This document shows, piece after piece, positions 37,530-49,456 of a DNA stretch of 64,000 nucleotides. The stretch comes from Eledone cirrhosa (Eukaryota). Location: positions 131,254,001 through 131,318,000 of the forward strand of contig OZ024745.1 in assembly GCA_964016885.1 (NCBI GenBank). The letters are read 5' to 3'. The first letter of the stretch is position 1; the number at the start of each line of letters is the position of its first letter. Below the pieces are notes generated by a model. The model was given only the letters and a program-made list of their open reading frames with translations, did no database searches and had not been told where the DNA came from. A program made the position numbers and the translations under genes.

Positions 37530-37669
37530 CATTGCAAAAGACTGTATCAGAGATTGAAGAACAGCTGCACAAACTGTCTAAGGAGCGAGATGATCTAGAT
37601 GAAGCCATTGAAAAAGTACGGAGAAATTTGGCCAAAACTGAAATGGAGAAGAAGGAACTGCAACAAAAA
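37530..37669 (+). CDS. CIP2A: CIP2A exon: (S)LQKTVSEIEEQLHKLSKERDDLDEAIEKVRRNLAKTEMEKKELQQK
   Basis: ttcAG at 37528-29, GTaaga at 37670, 140 nt, phase 1 to 0. Matches CIP2A [29 protein letters not shown]. Confidence 0.92.
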
Positions 37670-37780
37670 GTAAGATCACTCATCATCATCATCATCATCG
37701 TTTAACGTCCATTTTCCACGCTAGTATGGGTCTTTATACATTTAAATTAACTTTTCACTTTCATTATTAATATCTGTTGG

Positions 37781-37964
37781 TGGTGGTTTGGCAGTATCGG
37801 TAGAGGGTCGGACGCCATGCTTTGACACATAGAGTTACGGCCCTTTGTGGTCTGAGTTCAAATCCCGCTGAGGTTAACTTTGTCTTTCATCCTTACGGGG
37901 TCGATAAAATAAAGTACCAGTAATGCGCTGGGTAATTGCTGGCCTTGTGCCAATAGTAGAAACA
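37781..37964 (+). mobile_element. SINE family 1, full copy with 18-bp TSD
   Basis: TSD ATTATTAATATCTGTTGG at 37763-80 and 37965-82. Other copies at 45499-45688, 56915-57085, 58717-58899 (TSD ATTATTAGTGAGG) and 59668-59830 (-). Confidence 0.9.
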
Positions 37965-38613
37965 ATTATTAATATCTGTTGGGTGGGGAAGTACACATGT
38001 CAGGTTTTCTATTGTCTCTACTTCCCATTTTCATCTCATGATGATGATGATGATGATGGTAGTGGTGGTGGGGGTGGTGACAGAAGCAGTAGTGATGATG
38101 ATGTTGATATCTTCCCCACCACCCCTCGCCACTTCCTTGGTACACCTTTCCTGTCAAAACATTCTCCACAATAGACCACCCCATGACACATCACTCCATA
38201 TGTCAGGTGACCGTGTCTTGCCCATACATTTGGTCTTTAGCTTGGTTTTCTACAGATGGATGCCCTTCTTAATACCAACCACTTTACATGTATTGGGAGC
38301 ATTTTTCATGGTACCAGTACAACCATCTTACAGGGTAGACTGGGTGTTTTTTGTCATGACACCAGCACTACCACTTTACAGGGTGGACTGGGTGCTTTTT
38401 TGTCATGAAACCAGCACTACCACTTTACAGGGTAAACTGAGTGCTGTAAAATACTCAGCCAAATTTACAGTCCTCGTCAGAGCAACACATGGCCAACCCT
38501 GGCCAGACTTGCCTCTCGGGGTGGACAACCTGTCTAACCCATGCAAGCGTGAACAAATTGATGTTAAACGGAAATGATGAATGAGGATGATATATATATA
38601 TATATATATATAT

Positions 38614-38957
38614 CATCATCATCATCATTTCATTTTACGTCCGCTTTTCCCTGCTTGCAAGGGTGGGACGGGAACTGATTCTGGCATGATTTCTACAGCT
38701 GGATGCCCTTCCTAACACCAACCTCATTTACAGTGAGTGCTGGGTGCTTTTTTGCCGTGGCACCTCCACGACCACTTTGCAGTGGAATGATAGGGACCCC
38801 AGTCCCTATCATCTCATTTCTACAGCTGAGCAAACTGGAGCAATGTGAAATAAAGTCTCTTGCTCAAGGAAACAACACATCACCCCGTCTGAGAATTGAA
38901 CTCACAACCTTTCGATTGCAAGGCCAATGCTCTAACCACTAAGCCATATGCCTCCAT
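38614..38957 (-). mobile_element. SINE family 3 (tRNA head, CORE-like body, RTE tail) in a (TA)n tract
   Basis: Near-identical reverse complement of 39840-40177. Confidence 0.88.
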
Positions 38958-38999
38958 ATATATATATATATTTCTTAATTGTTTGTTTTGATATTTCAG

Positions 39000-39161
39000 A
39001 TCACATCCCTTGAACTTGTGTGTCAAAAACATGAAAGTGTCATCAAAGAGAAGACTGAACAATTGGAAGGCATCAAAGATGAACTTGCTAAACACGAACA
39101 AATAGCTGCCATGATCCACAATTTAAGCAGTAGTAAAGTTCCTCCGAAGATTGGCTTTTAA
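39000..39161 (+). CDS. CIP2A: CIP2A terminal coding exon: ITSLELVCQKHESVIKEKTEQLEGIKDELAKHEQIAAMIHNLSSSKVPPKIGF*
   Basis: tttcAG at 38998-99 and TAA at 39159-61. ELAKHEQIAAMIHNLSSSK matches the conserved CIP2A C-terminus ELNKHSHMIAMIHSLSGGK. Confidence 0.94.
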   Translation: MTSLELVCQKHESVIKEKTEQLEGIKDELAKHEQIAAMIHNLSSSKVPPKIGF

Positions 39162-39598
39162 ACACATTACACCTTTTTATATATGCTTGTATGTGTGTAT
39201 ATATATGTGAGTGCATGTGTAGGTATGTTTGTGTCTGTATATGGCCTGATATGAAGTGGTTTGCTTTGCTATCCCTTGGTTCCAGGTTTGAACCAACTGT
39301 GTAGACCTTTGGGCAAGGAGTCCTAATCTTGAGAGTGAAATATGATAGACAAAAACTGTATGGAAGGTTGTGATATGGGCCAGCTTTACCTGTATCATGC
39401 TGATTCTGTCTGAGGACTATACAAGTGTGTAGAATACTCAACTACCATAATCTATTGAGTACATCATTCAGTTTAACTGTTAATGTTCTCTCCTGCATTA
39501 GCAAGACATTCTTCATGTGTATGTGTGTCTTTCAATATTAAGATAGAATGAAATATTAAAATACTGAATATCCGACTGTTTTTTTTTAGATTTATTTT

Positions 39599-39604
39599 AA
39601 TAAA
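39599..39604 (+). terminator. Candidate polyadenylation signal of CIP2A
   Basis: First AATAAA after the stop codon, about 440 nt downstream. An ATTAAA also lies at about 39555. Not verifiable without transcripts. Confidence 0.4.
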
Positions 39605-39682
39605 TGTAGGTATATATATATATATATATATATATGCAAGCAGGGAAAAGCAGACGTAAAAATGAAATAATGATGAAAATTG

Positions 39683-39839
<157 letters not shown>

Positions 39840-40177
39840 ATGGAGGCACATGGCTTAGTGGTTAGAGCATTGGCCTTGCAATCGAAAGGTTGTGAGTTCA
39901 ATTCTCAGACCGGGTGATGTGTTGTTTCCTTGAGCAAGACACTTTATTTCACATTGCTCCAGTTTCCTCAGCTGTAGAAATGGGATGATAGGTACTGGGG
40001 TCCCTATCATTCCACTGCAAAGTGGTCATGGAGGTGTCACGGCAAAAAAGCACCCAGTACTCACTGTAAATGAGGTTGGTGTTAGGAAGGGCATCCAGCT
40101 GTAGAAATCAAGCCAGAATCAGTTCCCGTCCCACCCTTGCAAGCAGGGAAAAAGCGTACGTAAAATGAAATGATGAT
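39840..40177 (+). mobile_element. SINE family 3, full length
   Basis: A-box TGGCTTAGTGG, B-box GAGTTCAATTC, CORE-like TGTTTCCTTGAGCAAGACACTTTA, a 48-bp module, the AGGAAGGGCATCC box and a tail CCCTTGCAAGCAGGGAAAAAGCGTACGTAAAATG nearly identical to the LINE tail at 31175-31207. Confidence 0.9.
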
Positions 40178-40895
40178 AAAGTGTTAAAATGATCAAATTT
40201 TAGTTTAGAACATTTATTTGCTGGATCTTATCCCAGTATCACTATTAAAATTTATTCAGTATATATTATAAATATGTATTTCTAATTTAACCACAAGTCC
40301 ATCAAATTGACGAAGGTGTAAGTTGATTTAATTGACTCTTGTTCTTGACTGCTATTTTATTTTATCAACCTTGGAAGGTTGAGTGACAAAGTTAACCTTG
40401 CTGGGATTTGAACTCAGAACAATTAGCACAAACTATTCTGTCCAACTCTTCCAATTCACTACCCTATAATGGTTTCTAACTTTGAAATAAAGCTTTTTGG
40501 TACCTATTTTATAAATGTGTGCTTATATTAGTCATCTTTGGCAGGATTTTTTTCTAGCATGTATTGGGTGTATTTTATCATAAAAATGGTTTTAACACAG
40601 ACACAGCGCTACATTTGAACTAAGCCAGCGAAAGGTTGCAACACAGTGCCATTTCTGCTACTCAGTAGTTTCTATGAAATAATTCTTTCTAAACACAAGG
40701 CTAGCAATTTGGGGAAAAGAAAAGGTCAATTAAATTGATTCCAGTACTTGACTGGTATTTTTTATCAACTCAAGAAGGATGAAGATCAAAGTTGACCTCA
40801 GCAGGATTTCAACTCAGAAAGTAGGGAACCAGTACAAAATACTGCAAAATATTTTCTCCAACTATCTTCCAATCCACTGCTCTTAATTTTCTATG

Positions 40896-41162
40896 TAATA
40901 ATTGTTTCTACTTTTGACACAAAGCCAGCAATTAACCCAGTGTATTACTGGTACTTTATTTTATCAACCCTGTAATAATTGTTTCTACTTTTGACACAAA
41001 GCCAGCAATTAACCCAGTGTATTACTGGTACTTTATTTTATCAACCCTGTAATAATTGTTTCTACTTTTGACACAAAGCCAGCAATTAACCCAGTGTATT
41101 ACTGGTACTTTATTTTATCAACCCTGTAATAATTGTTTCTACTTTTGGCACAAAGCCAGCAA
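40896..41162 (-). repeat. 77-bp tandem array (about 3.5 copies) of the SINE family 1 tail
   Basis: TAATAATTGTTTCTACTTTTGACACAAAGCCAGCAATTAACCCAGTGTATTACTGGTACTTTATTTTATCAACCCTG at 40896, 40973, 41050 and, partially, 41127. Confidence 0.93.
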
Positions 41163-41440
41163 TCTGCTGGGAAAAGGAAAGTCAATTAAATCAACCCCAA
41201 TGCATTACTGGTATTTTATTTTATCGACCCTGTAAGGATGAAAGGTAAAGCTAACCTCTGTGGGATTTGAAATCAGAATGTAAAGGATGACAACTCTATG
41301 CCAGACAGCATGTCCAATGTTCTACCAATCCACTGCCCTTAAAATTTTCTATGTAATAATAATAATATTGTTTGTTTTTTCATTATATAGATACAAGCCA
41401 GACATTTTGTAGGGGGGCTATAGACTAAACATTGAACCCA

Positions 41441-43155
41441 GGCCAGAATTCTCTCAACTTTTTTAGTTCAAACTATCCATATCCAGCCACTCATACTTAT
41501 GTTAAGGTATTGTTCTCAAAATAAATACTAACAAAATCTCAGATTCAATATTATCTGAGATATTATGTAAGGTAAAGCCTTTACTGTGAAAATACAATAG
41601 TATATATAGAGTAATGTAAATGTTATGTGAGATATTATGTGAGGTAAAGCCTTTACTGTGATAATACAATAGTATATATAGAGTAATGTAAATGTTATGT
41701 GAGATATTATGTGAGGTAAAGCCTTTACTGTGACAATACAATAGTATATATAGAGTAATGTAAATGTTATGTGAGATATGTGAAGTAAAGCCTTTACTGT
41801 GAAAATACAATAGTATATATAGAGTAATGTAAATGTTATGCGAGATATGTGAAGTAAAGCCTTTACTGTGAAAATACAATAGTATATATAGAGTAATGTA
41901 AATGTTATGTGAGATATTATGTGAAGTAAAGCCTTTACTGTGAAAATACAATAGTATATATAGAGTAATGTAAATGTTATGCGAGATATGTGAAGTAAAG
42001 CCTTTACTGTGAAAATACAATAGTATATATAGAGTAATGTAAATGTTATGTGAGATATTATGTGAAGTAAAGCCTTTACTGTGAAAATACAATAGTATAT
42101 ATAGAGTAATGTAAATGTTATGTGAGATATTATGTGAGGTAAAGCCTTTACTGTGACAATACAATAGTATATATAGAGTAATGTAAATGTTATGCGAGAT
42201 ATTATGTGAAGTAAAGCCTTTACTGTGAAAATACAATAGTAAATATAGAGTAATGTAAATGTTATGCGAGATATTATGTGAAGTAAAGCCTTTACTGTGA
42301 AAATACAATAGTAAATATAGAGTAATGTAAATGTTATGTGAGGTAAAGCCTTCACCGTGAAAATACAATAGTATATATAGAGTAATGTAAATGTTATGTG
42401 AGGTAAAGCCTTTACTGTGAAAATACAATAGTAAATATAGAGTAATGTAAATGTTATGTCAGATATTATGTGAGGTAAAGCCTTTACCGTGAAAATACAA
42501 TAGTATATATAGAGTAATGTAAATGTTATGCGAGATATGTGAGGTAAAGCCTTTACTGTGAACATACAATAGTATATATAGAGTAATGTAAATGTTATGC
42601 AAGATATTATGTGACGTAAAGTTTTTACTGTGAAAATACAATAGTATATATAGAGTAATGTAAATGTTATGCGAGATATTATGTGAAGTAAAGCCTTTAC
42701 TGTGAAAATACAATAGTAAATATAGAGTAATGTAAATGTTATGCGAGATATTATGTGAGGTAAAGCCTTTACTGTGAAAATACAATAGTATATATAGAGT
42801 AATGTAAATGTTATGCAAGATATTATGTGACGTAAAGCCTTTACTGTGAAAATACAATAGTATATATAGAGTAATGTAAATGTTATGCGAGATATGTGAA
42901 GTAAAGCCTTTACTGTGAAAATACAATAGTAAATATAGAGTAATGTAAATGTTATGTGAGGTAAAGCCTTCACCGTGAAAATACAATAGTATATATAGAG
43001 TAATGTAAATGTTATGTGAGGTAAAGCCTTTACTGTGAAAATACAATAGTAAATATAGAGTAATGTAAATGTTATGTCAGATATTATGTGAGGTAAAGCC
43101 TTTACCGTGAAAATACAATAGTATATATAGAGTAATGTAAATGCTAAACAGTTAA
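41441..43155. repeat. piggyBac-like MITE whose subterminal segment is amplified into about 23 tandem units of 60/69/72 bp
   Basis: 41441-41560 is collinear with the MITE interior at 26988-27100. The units TGTGAGGTAAAGCCTTTACTGTGAAAATACAATAGTATATATAGAGTAATGTAAATGTTA(+TGTGAGATATTA) match the MITE 3' part. The array ends in ATGCTAAACAGTTAA, a degenerate TIR plus TTAA. Confidence 0.92.
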
Positions 43156-44314
43156 CAGATCATATAAAGACAAAAGTAAGTGTTGAAAGACAATTTAATT
43201 TACAGTTTGTGCCATTTCACTGCCAATACAATAAATAATGAACTCATACATTGTTTGCAATATAAAACTATACTTTGAAAAGTAAAGAAAAGCTTCAGTA
43301 GGATTTGAATTCAGAATGTAGAGAAATGAAGACATCCTGTAAGGTATTTAATCTGTTACTCTCAGGTCCCAAATAATAGGGGGTAATTTTTCTAGGTTGT
43401 TGCCATTGATTATTTTAAAAACCAGAATTAGTCATTTAGTTTACATCGAGACCCCAACCCATCCTATTTATTTTATAACATATGAGATTTCTAATAATGA
43501 TCTTTTTCGCCATGTATAATGTTTTTTAATGTCTTCTTGGTCTCATTAAAAGTTTCATGCTGATTATTTATGGCCAGATGGTCTGTTTAACACCAACCCT
43601 TTTAGTTGCCTCTTACAACATCTGGAGATACAATGTTAATTGGGTAGCAAAAGGTAAACTGAAGCTTGTAAAAAACAAAAGCAAAATGAAAAATTTAAGA
43701 GTTGTTTATTCAGTGAAAGTTAAGTTGATAAAAAAATTCAATACCACCTCCCTTTTTTTTGTTTCTCTTTAGGAAAAATTTGCACATATTTTTGTGTACA
43801 GATATCACAACTTTGAAACAAGATTGGGTGTAAGTAGCCTTTATCCTAGTCCTTCAGTAGAGTGGTCTTTATCAGGAATGAATCATATTGGGAATCTCCA
43901 TTGGTATCCATTATGGCTGAAAATGTATCAGTTCACAATTGCAGATAACACAGCTGGCAGTCCAAGCAGCACAAGCATATTTACTGCATGACTCATCACT
44001 CCCACTACAATTGCCTTGACAACTCGCCATTGTCTCATGACACAACAATGCCTCCCCAGGATTCATCATACCTGAAAATAAGAAAAAATAGGGCTTAGAA
44101 TATATTTCTCTTTGGGCGGCTTGTTCATTAGTCATAATCTGATATTTATGGTGTTATGTTGTGGACTTCATGCATGTCCTGTTCTCTGTCTAATAGTTTA
44201 CTGTGTATTATCTGATTTTTGTTGCAACAATATAACTAGAGGGTTGTTGCTAACCAAGTTAATAAGGTATGTTCTATTTTTACAATGTCTTCACAAAATA
44301 TACATAATGTAAAC

Positions 44315-44830
44315 GTGGTTGGTGTTAGGAAGGGCATCCAGCCGTAGAAAACCCACCTTCTCAGGTGTACAGGTTGAAGTATACACCTAGTGCACACTAC
44401 TTTCCCTTACCTCCTGCTTCCATACATTTCTAACATCCTAACACCCCTCCCTTGATCTACACCTCACCTGATGTGTGCTCCACCCTAGCACTTAGTCCAC
44501 TCTGTAAAGGGGACGTTTCTAGTGTCACAACAAAAAGCACCCAGTCCACTCTGTAAAGTGGTCATGTGTTACAACAAAAACACCCAGTCCACTCTGTAAA
44601 GTGGTCATGTAAGTGTTACAACAAAAAGCACCCAGTCCACTCTGTAAAGTGGTCATGTAAGTGTTACAACAAAAACACCCAGTCCACTCTGTAAAGTGGT
44701 CATGTAAGTGTTACAACAAAAACACCCAGTCCACTCTGTAAAGTGGTCATGTAAGTGTCACAACAAAAAGCACCCAGTCCACTCTGTAGATGTTGGTGTT
44801 AGGAAGGGCATCCAGCCTTAGAAACCAAGT
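44315..44830 (+). repeat. RTE 3'-UTR fragment with about 6 copies of the 47/48-bp module
   Basis: CACCCAGTCCACTCTGTAAAGTGGTCATGTAAGTGTTACAACAAAAA repeats lie between two GTTAGGAAGGGCATCCAGCC boxes. Confidence 0.88.
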
Positions 44831-45127
44831 GGTGGTGTTAGGAGTAATGGTAGAAGTAATAATAGTAGTAATAGTAGTAGTGGTAACAGCAGTAGTAATG
44901 GTAGTAGTAGTGGTAACAGCAGTAGTAGTAGTAGCAGCAGCAGTAGTAGCAGCAGTAGTAGTAGTAGCAACAGCAGTAGTAGTAGTAGCAACAGCAGTGG
45001 TAACAGTAGTAGTAGCAGCAGCAGCAGTAGTAGTAGTAGCAACAGCAGTAGTAGTAGTAGCAACAGCAGCAGTAATGGTAGTAGTAGTGGTGACAGTAGT
45101 AGTAATGGTAGTAAAAGCAGTAGTAGT
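44831..45127. repeat. Degenerate (GTA/GCA)n trinucleotide repeat
   Basis: Directly visible. Confidence 0.93.
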
Positions 45128-45829
45128 CCCCCCCCCCCCTACTATTTGTAATTATTATTGTATCAATATATGAAGGTTTAAGTTACCCAGAAAGACTGCA
45201 CCACACAGCAAAACAATCAATGACATGTATTGCTTCATATTCTGGAAAATTAATTATTTAAATTAAGAACGTAATGTAAATGTTAAAGGGATAAAATACT
45301 CTATATTTGAATTAATCAATTTACAATTCAGAGGGATTTACAAAAATTGTTTCAATTATTTTTCTATAATCAAACGTTGATAATTATCTTTCTTTTATTT
45401 TTGAATTTAATAAATTATTTCACAATTATGGCATAAAAAAAAAATAGTTTTACATATATAAAATAAGTGATCATTGTTCATTATCATACAATCACTACGG
45501 TGAATTGGCATTATCAGTAGAGGGTCGTACACCATACTTTACAGCATAGAGTTACGGCCCTTTGCAGTCTTAGTTCAAATCCCGCCGAGGTTAACTTTGC
45601 CTTTCATCCTTTCAGGGTCGATAAAATAAAGTACCAGTAATGCACTGGGGTAATTGTTGGCCTTGTGCCAAAAGTAGAAACAATTATTAATAACAGCTCA
45701 TAAAGCCAGCAAAGCTTCCTTCAAGCTCGGCAGTTTCATTGTATTTAAAATTCATGTATTGAAGAAATAACACACTTTTCATAGGATTGATACAAATATG
45801 TTCTTTGTTTTTTAATTTTTTATGTTAAT

Positions 45830-46080
45830 CAAATTTCTCCATCTTCAGCCCTGGAAAGTGCATTGTTAGATATAGGCCTACCCAGAAATGTGCCATCTTT
45901 TGCTGATCCTGAGCCATTCATGGCCAAAAGTTTTTGATTTTCTCGGGGTCTTGCCACCTGGTCTTCTGGCAGCCTTGGTTTCTTGTGTGACCTCATGGGT
46001 CCAGAAAGCGATGTGAGTGATCCATCTGTTGTCAATCATTCTGGCAATATGTCATGTCCACTTCCATTTTGCTTTGAAAA
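45830..46080 (-). mobile_element. Decayed RTE LINE C-terminal fragment
   Basis: KAKWKWT*HIARMIDNRW...KKPRLPEDQV resembles the RTE motif KWxWAGHIARxxDNRW. Confidence 0.65.
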
Positions 46081-47072
46081 ATTTGAAATGATCCAAATTT
46101 GTATTTCTCTAAACTGCAACAAACTATTCTTTTAAAATGATTTATTTTTAATCCATTCATCTCAAAGTTTATACATTTGTTTCAACATTTAAAGAGTTTT
46201 AAAGGAAATCTACACTTACCAAACAATTCACACTTGGGTTTGCACTTATTTCTTTTAATAGCCACTTAAAGTGAAACAAAACAACTTCTTGCTAAAATGA
46301 AATTTACAAAAATGAAACTTGGAAAATTGAAAGCTTTGGGTTTTTTTGTTTGTTTATGTTTTTTGAAAAGCACAAGATATATTATTTAAAACGATACATG
46401 TTATAAAAAATAAAATAGTTATTTACCTCAACCTCCAATTTAAAATAAACTAAAACTATTGTAAACGAACGAAGAGTTTCCCTCTTGAAAAGATTAATTA
46501 GTTTAGTGTTAATATAGAATTGTGTTAAACGTAATTTGTATATTGAAGAATTCATCACCAACTACAGCGTTTGTTTCTTGAGTAATGCTCGATATCTTGG
46601 TGTACCGGTCGTGAATTGGCAGAGTTGTAAGAACGTCAGGTAGAATACTTTGTGGTATTAGTTTCAGCTCTCTGCTCTCTGAGTTTAAATACTACCGAGG
46701 TCAACCTTGCCTTTCATTCATTCAAGTTCGATAAAAAAAAATGTACCATTTTTATACTGGGGTCCATCTGTCCTCCATATCGCTCTCGCTTCCATTCTCT
46801 CACCCTGTATCTGTCTCTAAGAAATCTGCTGTATTGAGGGCTGGACTCCATCAGGTTTTAAATGCCCTAGAAATGCTGTATGTCAATATAGCGCCCCTAC
46901 GACTCTACAGGGAGTTACAAGTCCCTACACAATTGTGTATTGGATGGCGGGTCTGGGTTAGTTTGGGTTTGTTGTATTCGTTTAACTTTATTTCGATGTT
47001 GGTTTCCGACGATGAGTGTTCCAGTTGATTCTATCAATGGAACTGTCTGTTTGTGAAATTAACATATAAGTA

Positions 47073-47400
47073 CTCTTGGGTCCCAAATAATAAGGAGGAG
47101 GGGGTCGGAATAAGGGGCGAGGGGCAGGGGGAAATCATATTTTTTCTAGATTATTTTCCTTGCCTTTAAAAAAAGCCAGAATTAGTTGTTTAGTTTACAT
47201 ATCGAGACCCCCAACCCATCCTATTTATTTTATAACATGGGATTTCTAGTAATGTACTTGTTTGTATAATGTATAATGTTTTTTATTGTCTAAAGAAAAT
47301 TAATTGTTGCAGGAATGCTATGACTTAAAATAAAATATCGCCTGAGATAGATTAGCAAAATTGAAAAATGGGGTGGGGGATTATTCGAGACCCAAAAGTG
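47073..47400. mobile_element. TA-flanked MITE nested in a CORE-like SINE (host about 46965-47622, minus strand)
   Basis: TIR CTCTTGGGTCCCAAATAAT / ATTATTCGAGACCCAAAAG. Same family as 53492-53810. Confidence 0.75.
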
Positions 47401-49456
47401 GCTGAACATTCCACAGACATGTGTACCCTTAACGTAGTTTTCGGGGGGTGATTCCGCATGATACAATGTGTGTCAAGGCTGGCCCCTTGAATTACAGATA
47501 CATCTGATTTTTGCCAGCTGAGTGGAGTGAAATAATGCATTGTTTAATGTGCCGCTCGGTACAGAAATTGAACTCATGACCTTACAATCCTGAGCCGACT
47601 ACTCTAACCACTAAGTCATGCACATTTACTGTATTCACATAAGTCACTTTCGTCTTTTCTCCTACATCATCATCATCATCTTCGTTTAATGTCCATCTTC
47701 CACGCTACCATGGGTTAGACGGGAGTTGTCCCACTTGAGGCAAAGTTGGTCGGGTGACCGTGTCTCGCTCATATAGGACTGTCTGGCAGGTTTTCTACGG
47801 CTGGATGCTCTTCCTAACACCAACCACATTTACAGTGTGGAACTGGGAACTTTTTACGGGTTACCTACACGGCCACATTACAGCGTGGACTATGTGTCTT
47901 TTTGTCGTGACACCTACACGATCTCGATCTCATTATCTCATTTATTTGGACTGGATGTTGTGGTACCAACTTTGCAGAGAGAAGGTGGTGGGAGTGGGAG
48001 GATAGGGTAGGGGTAGTGGATTGGGGCGTATATTTGGTTAAGAAGTGCCCACTGACTGTAGGTTTCGCTTTGTACATAGGCAAGGCGGGTCTTCTGTATT
48101 ACTGCGGCGCGCCAAAGATCTACATCCATATACATATTTAGAAAGATTTCTTTAGAAATGAACTGTCAGTAAAGATTCTAATTTGTGATACAGAAAAGAA
48201 CGTTGTGGATTCAACACTCACAATAAGTATTTCATCTTATTTAATATGTCTCACGACTCCCACGGGAGTTGTTGGGGCGACGTATGGCGTTTCTGTGGCA
48301 TTTTTAAAACCTAGCAGAGCTTATCTCCCTTTAATGTCTGAATACAGCAGATTTCTTGCAGAGAAGGATAGAGAGAGTGAAAGAATAAAAGTGAGAAAGA
48401 GATATAGAGGAAGAATCGACCTCAGTACTTGACTGGTACTTTTTTGTGACCCCGTAAGGATGAAAGGCAAAGCTAATCTCGGTGGGACTGTAACTCAGAA
48501 CGTAAAAGGGCGTAACTCTATGCCGCAGAGTAGAGCGTCGGACACCCTGCTTCGCAGCTTAGAGTTACGTCCCTTTACGTTCTGAGTTCAAATCCCGCCA
48601 ATGTTAGTTTTGCCTTTCATCCTTACGGGATCGATAAAACAAAGTACCAGTCATGCACTGGGTCGATTTAATCGACTTTCCCCTCCTCCAAAATTGCTGG
48701 CCTTGTGCTTCAATCACAAACCATTATATCTTACGGGGTCGATAAAATAAAGTACCAGTAATGTACTGGATAATTGCTGGCCTTGTGCCTCAATCACAAA
48801 CCATTATATCTTCTACTTCGCCCAGTTATTCCCGAGAGGATCGTGGGGGCCATTATATATAATTTCTATTAATTAATTTTGCGATGGGGTTGAATGAATG
48901 TGTTTTATCGTTTTAAAAATATAGCTGCGAGGGAACGACTAATAGTTTGGCCGCCGTTTATAGTATGTATAATTTTAGATATATTTTATACCATTCCCAA
49001 AGATATACATTGATATATACTGAAGACCATAAACAATCGTCTGTATTACTTCAACTGTAACTACAAGCTGTATCAAAAGACTATATTTCAAAAACTATAT
49101 TTTTAAACAAATGGTCATATAATCATGCGGTAAATTGTACAATTCATGTCTGAATATAAAGTTTTATTCTGTTTTTATAACTTATAAATTTTGATTAAAT
49201 TATTTACATATTGAACATTCATAAAAAAAAATGTAATGAAAATCGGATGATTCTTTTTGATACATCGTGTACTAAATTATACAGTATCGTATTCATCGCA
49301 AGCAAGTATAATTACCAAATTAGACTAGAAGCAACAGGTATATAATTCTATTTTCATTCATAATTTAGCAGTGTAACTATGATATTTTTTCAACTCATAT
49401 CTACAAATATTTCCTGTTATTTTATTTTATTGTTTTTGATTCGTACACCAAGATGT

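Noticed and set aside
39840-39910. tRNA gene (TGC anticodon-like loop)
   Set aside because: There is no acceptor-stem closure or T-run terminator. The sequence continues into a SINE body and RTE tail, so it is a tRNA-derived SINE head.
41502-43046. 308, 481 and 195-aa minus-strand ORFs
   Set aside because: These are translations of a MITE-derived array with 3n unit lengths.
44790-45173. Poly-Val/Ala and poly-Leu ORFs
   Set aside because: Translation of a trinucleotide microsatellite.
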